A stretch of 64,000 nt of DNA from Raillietiella orientalis (Eukaryota): contig JAYWIR010000011.1 in the NCBI GenBank assembly GCA_036172245.1, positions 1,302,001-1,366,000 on the forward strand, given 5' to 3'. Shown here in pieces: positions 60,678 to 64,000 of this stretch; within the stretch, counting starts at the first letter, position 1; the number at the start of each line of letters is the position of its first letter. Made by a program: the position numbers and the translations under genes. The notes below the pieces were generated by a model. It did not search any database and had not been told where the DNA came from. It saw only the letters and a list, made by a program, of their open reading frames with translations.

Positions 60678-62334
60678 TCATTTGCGATTGCATCTTCGTT
60701 TCATTGCAGACACACATTGAGGGCAATACCATTTGCCTTTTGGTGGTGCTGAAATCCCAACACATGGATAATGGAACCATTCATAAGGACACTACACAAA
60801 ATGGATCATTCCAGCCCATTAGCATGCTGAACTTACATCTGCATTATCACAAGCTACCATGTCACCATAAGAGATCTGATTGCAAATGCAATAACGGGGT
60901 TCATTGGGATCTTGAGTCCAATCAGCTTCCTGGTTGCTATCCAAATATGAGTCCTCCAACTCGAAATCCAGAGATGCAGGAGGAGATGGGTCTAAGGTTG
61001 CTGCAATGCTCAATTTTCTACTTTCATCATGATCTCATGGATAATAACAAGTATACTTTTTAGTTTTCCGTGAGCTATCAGAAGTGGAAGAAGCTGGGGT
61101 AGCTGGTCGTGAATTATTTTCTCTCCCCATTCCCAGGTCTCCTAAATTTTGACTAATGGCTTCATAGGAAGCTTTAAGGCTAGCTGTACGCCGACCTTGC
61201 TGCATCTAATAAAACAATGAGTACCAGAGCAAAAGCACCCTCACTTAGCCTACAGGAGAAAAATGGGAATCGGAAGGGCTACTGAGAGGGCTAGTAGTCT
61301 TCTGAGAGGAAGGAAAAGGAAATGATATGACTAGCTTTGGGACTTTCATTTTTGTTGTGGACTTTCGTTTCTGCAAAACACCACAGATAGGATTGGAAAA
61401 TAGGATACAAGGGGAAAATCACGTATCCCACTGTATATATTTTCTATACCTGCTGAGTAGCTGCTATGGCTTGAGAAGCAGCTGCAACCAAAGCATTGCT
61501 ACTACCCACTCCAATGGGACACAAAGGAAGTGAACTGCGTGGAAGCAATGGCTGATTATTCCAGGAATCCGTTCGGTCCATGTTCTGTTTTTCAATAGAT
61601 GGAGTGGTAGTTTTTTTTTCAAGTCGAAAGTTGTTGGAAGGGAATTTGTTTTCTTTCTGATGATGGCCATTCCACTGTGCAGTTTGAGAATCCAACTCCA
61701 AAGATCCTAAAAAACCTTAATTGTTCATACTTTGGAAAACTTTACATACGTTTTTCCAAAATCTCAGTGATACCAGCATTATCTGCTTCCAGTTCCAATT
61801 TAAACTTATGCAGTTCTTGATCCAGACGTCGCAGGTAGCGATCTACCAAATCATACATTTGACTTGATATTTGGACTTTCTCCTCTATGGAAAACACCAA
61901 TAATTAAATTAATTTTTTCTTCAAGACGCAATGTGCCTGCATCTTCCAAAGTCTTCAAGTACTGCTTCTGAATATATTCAAATTCTAAATCTCTCTCATG
62001 CAACTTTTGTTTCTTGGCATCAGCAAAAAATATTTTGGCTCGCTCATCTAATTTGTCTTTGGCATCTAAATATTGCATGTCAAGCACTTAAATTCCCAAC
62101 ACAAAGGACTCACTGTGGACTTGCAAATCCAATTCTCGTATTTCTGTAAACCTGTCCCGTAGCTCTTGGGGTAGATGCTCAATCACTAAAAACCATAATT
62201 CAATATTTCAAAATTTATTCACCTTACTATAATACTTCACACTGTCAAACATTCTTATGCAGATCATGGAGAAAAAAAGTCTCACCTAAGTTCGTCAACT
62301 CATTGAAAATACCCAAATAAATTTGCTTGCCCAT
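60678..62334 (-). CDS. ING3: Inhibitor of growth protein 3 (ING N-terminal domain + PHD finger)
   Basis: Exons (minus): 62334-62286 (tentative first exon), 62185-62114, 62065-61937, 61884-61750, 61706-61450, 61205-61057, 61017-60837, 60791-60678 (TGA). [114 protein letters not shown]...KGKWYCPQC. The canonical first exon may lie outside the window. Confidence 0.95.
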
Positions 62335-64000
62335 GCAAAACTGCATACAAATAAACCATAAAAAATGGTATTAAACGCAAAAGAAAACTTGCTATAATTC
62401 AAGATTTTGGAATTCATTCAATTATGAATGCAAAATGAATATCTGAGCAATGTTTGTATCTTACACATAAAAATATTTAGGAAAGCACAGTTTCGCCATA
62501 CAAATCTGTTATCAAATATTTCATGGGTTGTAATTAAAAATGAATGGAAATACAAATTAATTATCAATAATTTCTGAATTAATTAAACCACAGCTGTAAT
62601 ACATACTTGTTAACAAGACCCTGAGGTCTAATTCTTTAATCATTTGGAAAAATCATTTGATATGATGCAAATAGTATTCAAGAAATTTGCTATAACTGAT
62701 TCTGTACCCATTTTATTTTATTTTAATGTTGTACCGCAATCATAATGCTCAAATAGCGCAATAAATACATAACAAAGCTAAGCATATGCCAGATCTCCAT
62801 TGCAAAATAAATTCATAATGGACTGTAATAATTTTTTGTAAAATGGCTATGAAAAACTTTTCAATCCATGATGTAGAGAAAATACTCAACATACATATTA
62901 AAGAATCTACAATGTTCATAGAGCAGGCTATGGATTTAAATGAACTTTCTTTTTTTACATTGCTATTATTTTTTTAATGAAAACTTCAGTACACCACAAG
63001 TTATTGGTGAATTTCATGGATAAGGATTGTAATTGCCAAAATTATACAATGATGACAAAAAAACAAAACAAAAAAAAACATCGATTTTCTCACATGAAAA
63101 GTATTTAATCACAATATGAACAGATACTTTAGCAATGTCACATTAAAACTGTAAATATTCAATCTCTAGGAAACATGAGAAATACATACTTCAAACCTAC
63201 AACAAAAGGAGTTTTTTTTTTTTGCCAGTTTTTAAAGAATTTCAATTATGAGAAAACAAAGACATGAAATTTATCCACATGTTATAGATACTTTCTCAAT
63301 CCAACAGTTGCAAAAACATTCGCCTATAACAAAAACCTTGCAATGATTCCTTGCTAATGTAACACATTTACATTATTGGCTATGTTCCAAGGTTTGGGGA
63401 AAATCATTTTCTTGAACACTGAAGAAAAAATTTAGCATAATCAAAAGGATCATGAACTAAATGAACTCCTACAATGTAGGCAACGATGTTGTAAAAATTA
63501 ATATGAACAAATGCAGGATTTCCAATTATTCACATATTCCTTAGATCACATTAATTCCTTTCAATGGTTCCTCTGGTCATATCCATCATTAAATTTATAT
63601 ACTTGGTCACAATTGTATTCCTTCTTAATTAAACTACTTTCAAATTTCCAAGTTCTCTACAACATTTGTTTTATGCTTTTTGGTGATGACTTGTTTTATA
63701 TTCACTTAAGACTATGTTTAGCTTATAAAGGAGATTTGGGATATATAATCATAATTAACAATACCAACGCTCCCTTTAACAATTAAGTTGATGCTTTAAT
63801 TCGGAAATAAATAGAATTATCAATTATAAAAGCAATGCACATAATCTACAATATAATTATCAAATCTACATGCTTTGTCCATGTCATTCGCTATCAAATT
63901 CTTGAAGTACACGACATTCTCATTTTCTCATTGTTCAATTAATACTCTACTTCTATTCTGCAATTCACAGAAACACTTATTTATAGGCTTACATGTGGAG

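Overview
Invertebrate animal nuclear DNA with very short spliceosomal introns (many 39-80 nt) and the standard genetic code. The window has two compositional domains. About 1.0-45.5 kb is GC-rich, full of G/C and purine/pyrimidine runs. It holds many heavily decayed L1/Tx1-type non-LTR retrotransposon fragments (mostly minus strand), five copies of an unusual tRNA-headed, hairpin-rich SINE-like repeat, and most exons of a large plus-strand PDZ + 2xPH gene (PDZPH1-like). From about 45.9 kb the DNA becomes progressively AT-rich. It carries the last exon of that gene, an unresolved stretch (47-52.9 kb), and three minus-strand housekeeping genes (enoyl-CoA hydratase, ATE1, ING3), with a 5'-truncated Tx1-like LINE between ATE1 and the hydratase. 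The strongest leads are the composite SINE-like element, the sharp GC boundary inside one gene, and the operon-like 115-nt ING3-to-ATE1 junction. All homology calls come from motif recognition by eye; no searches were run.
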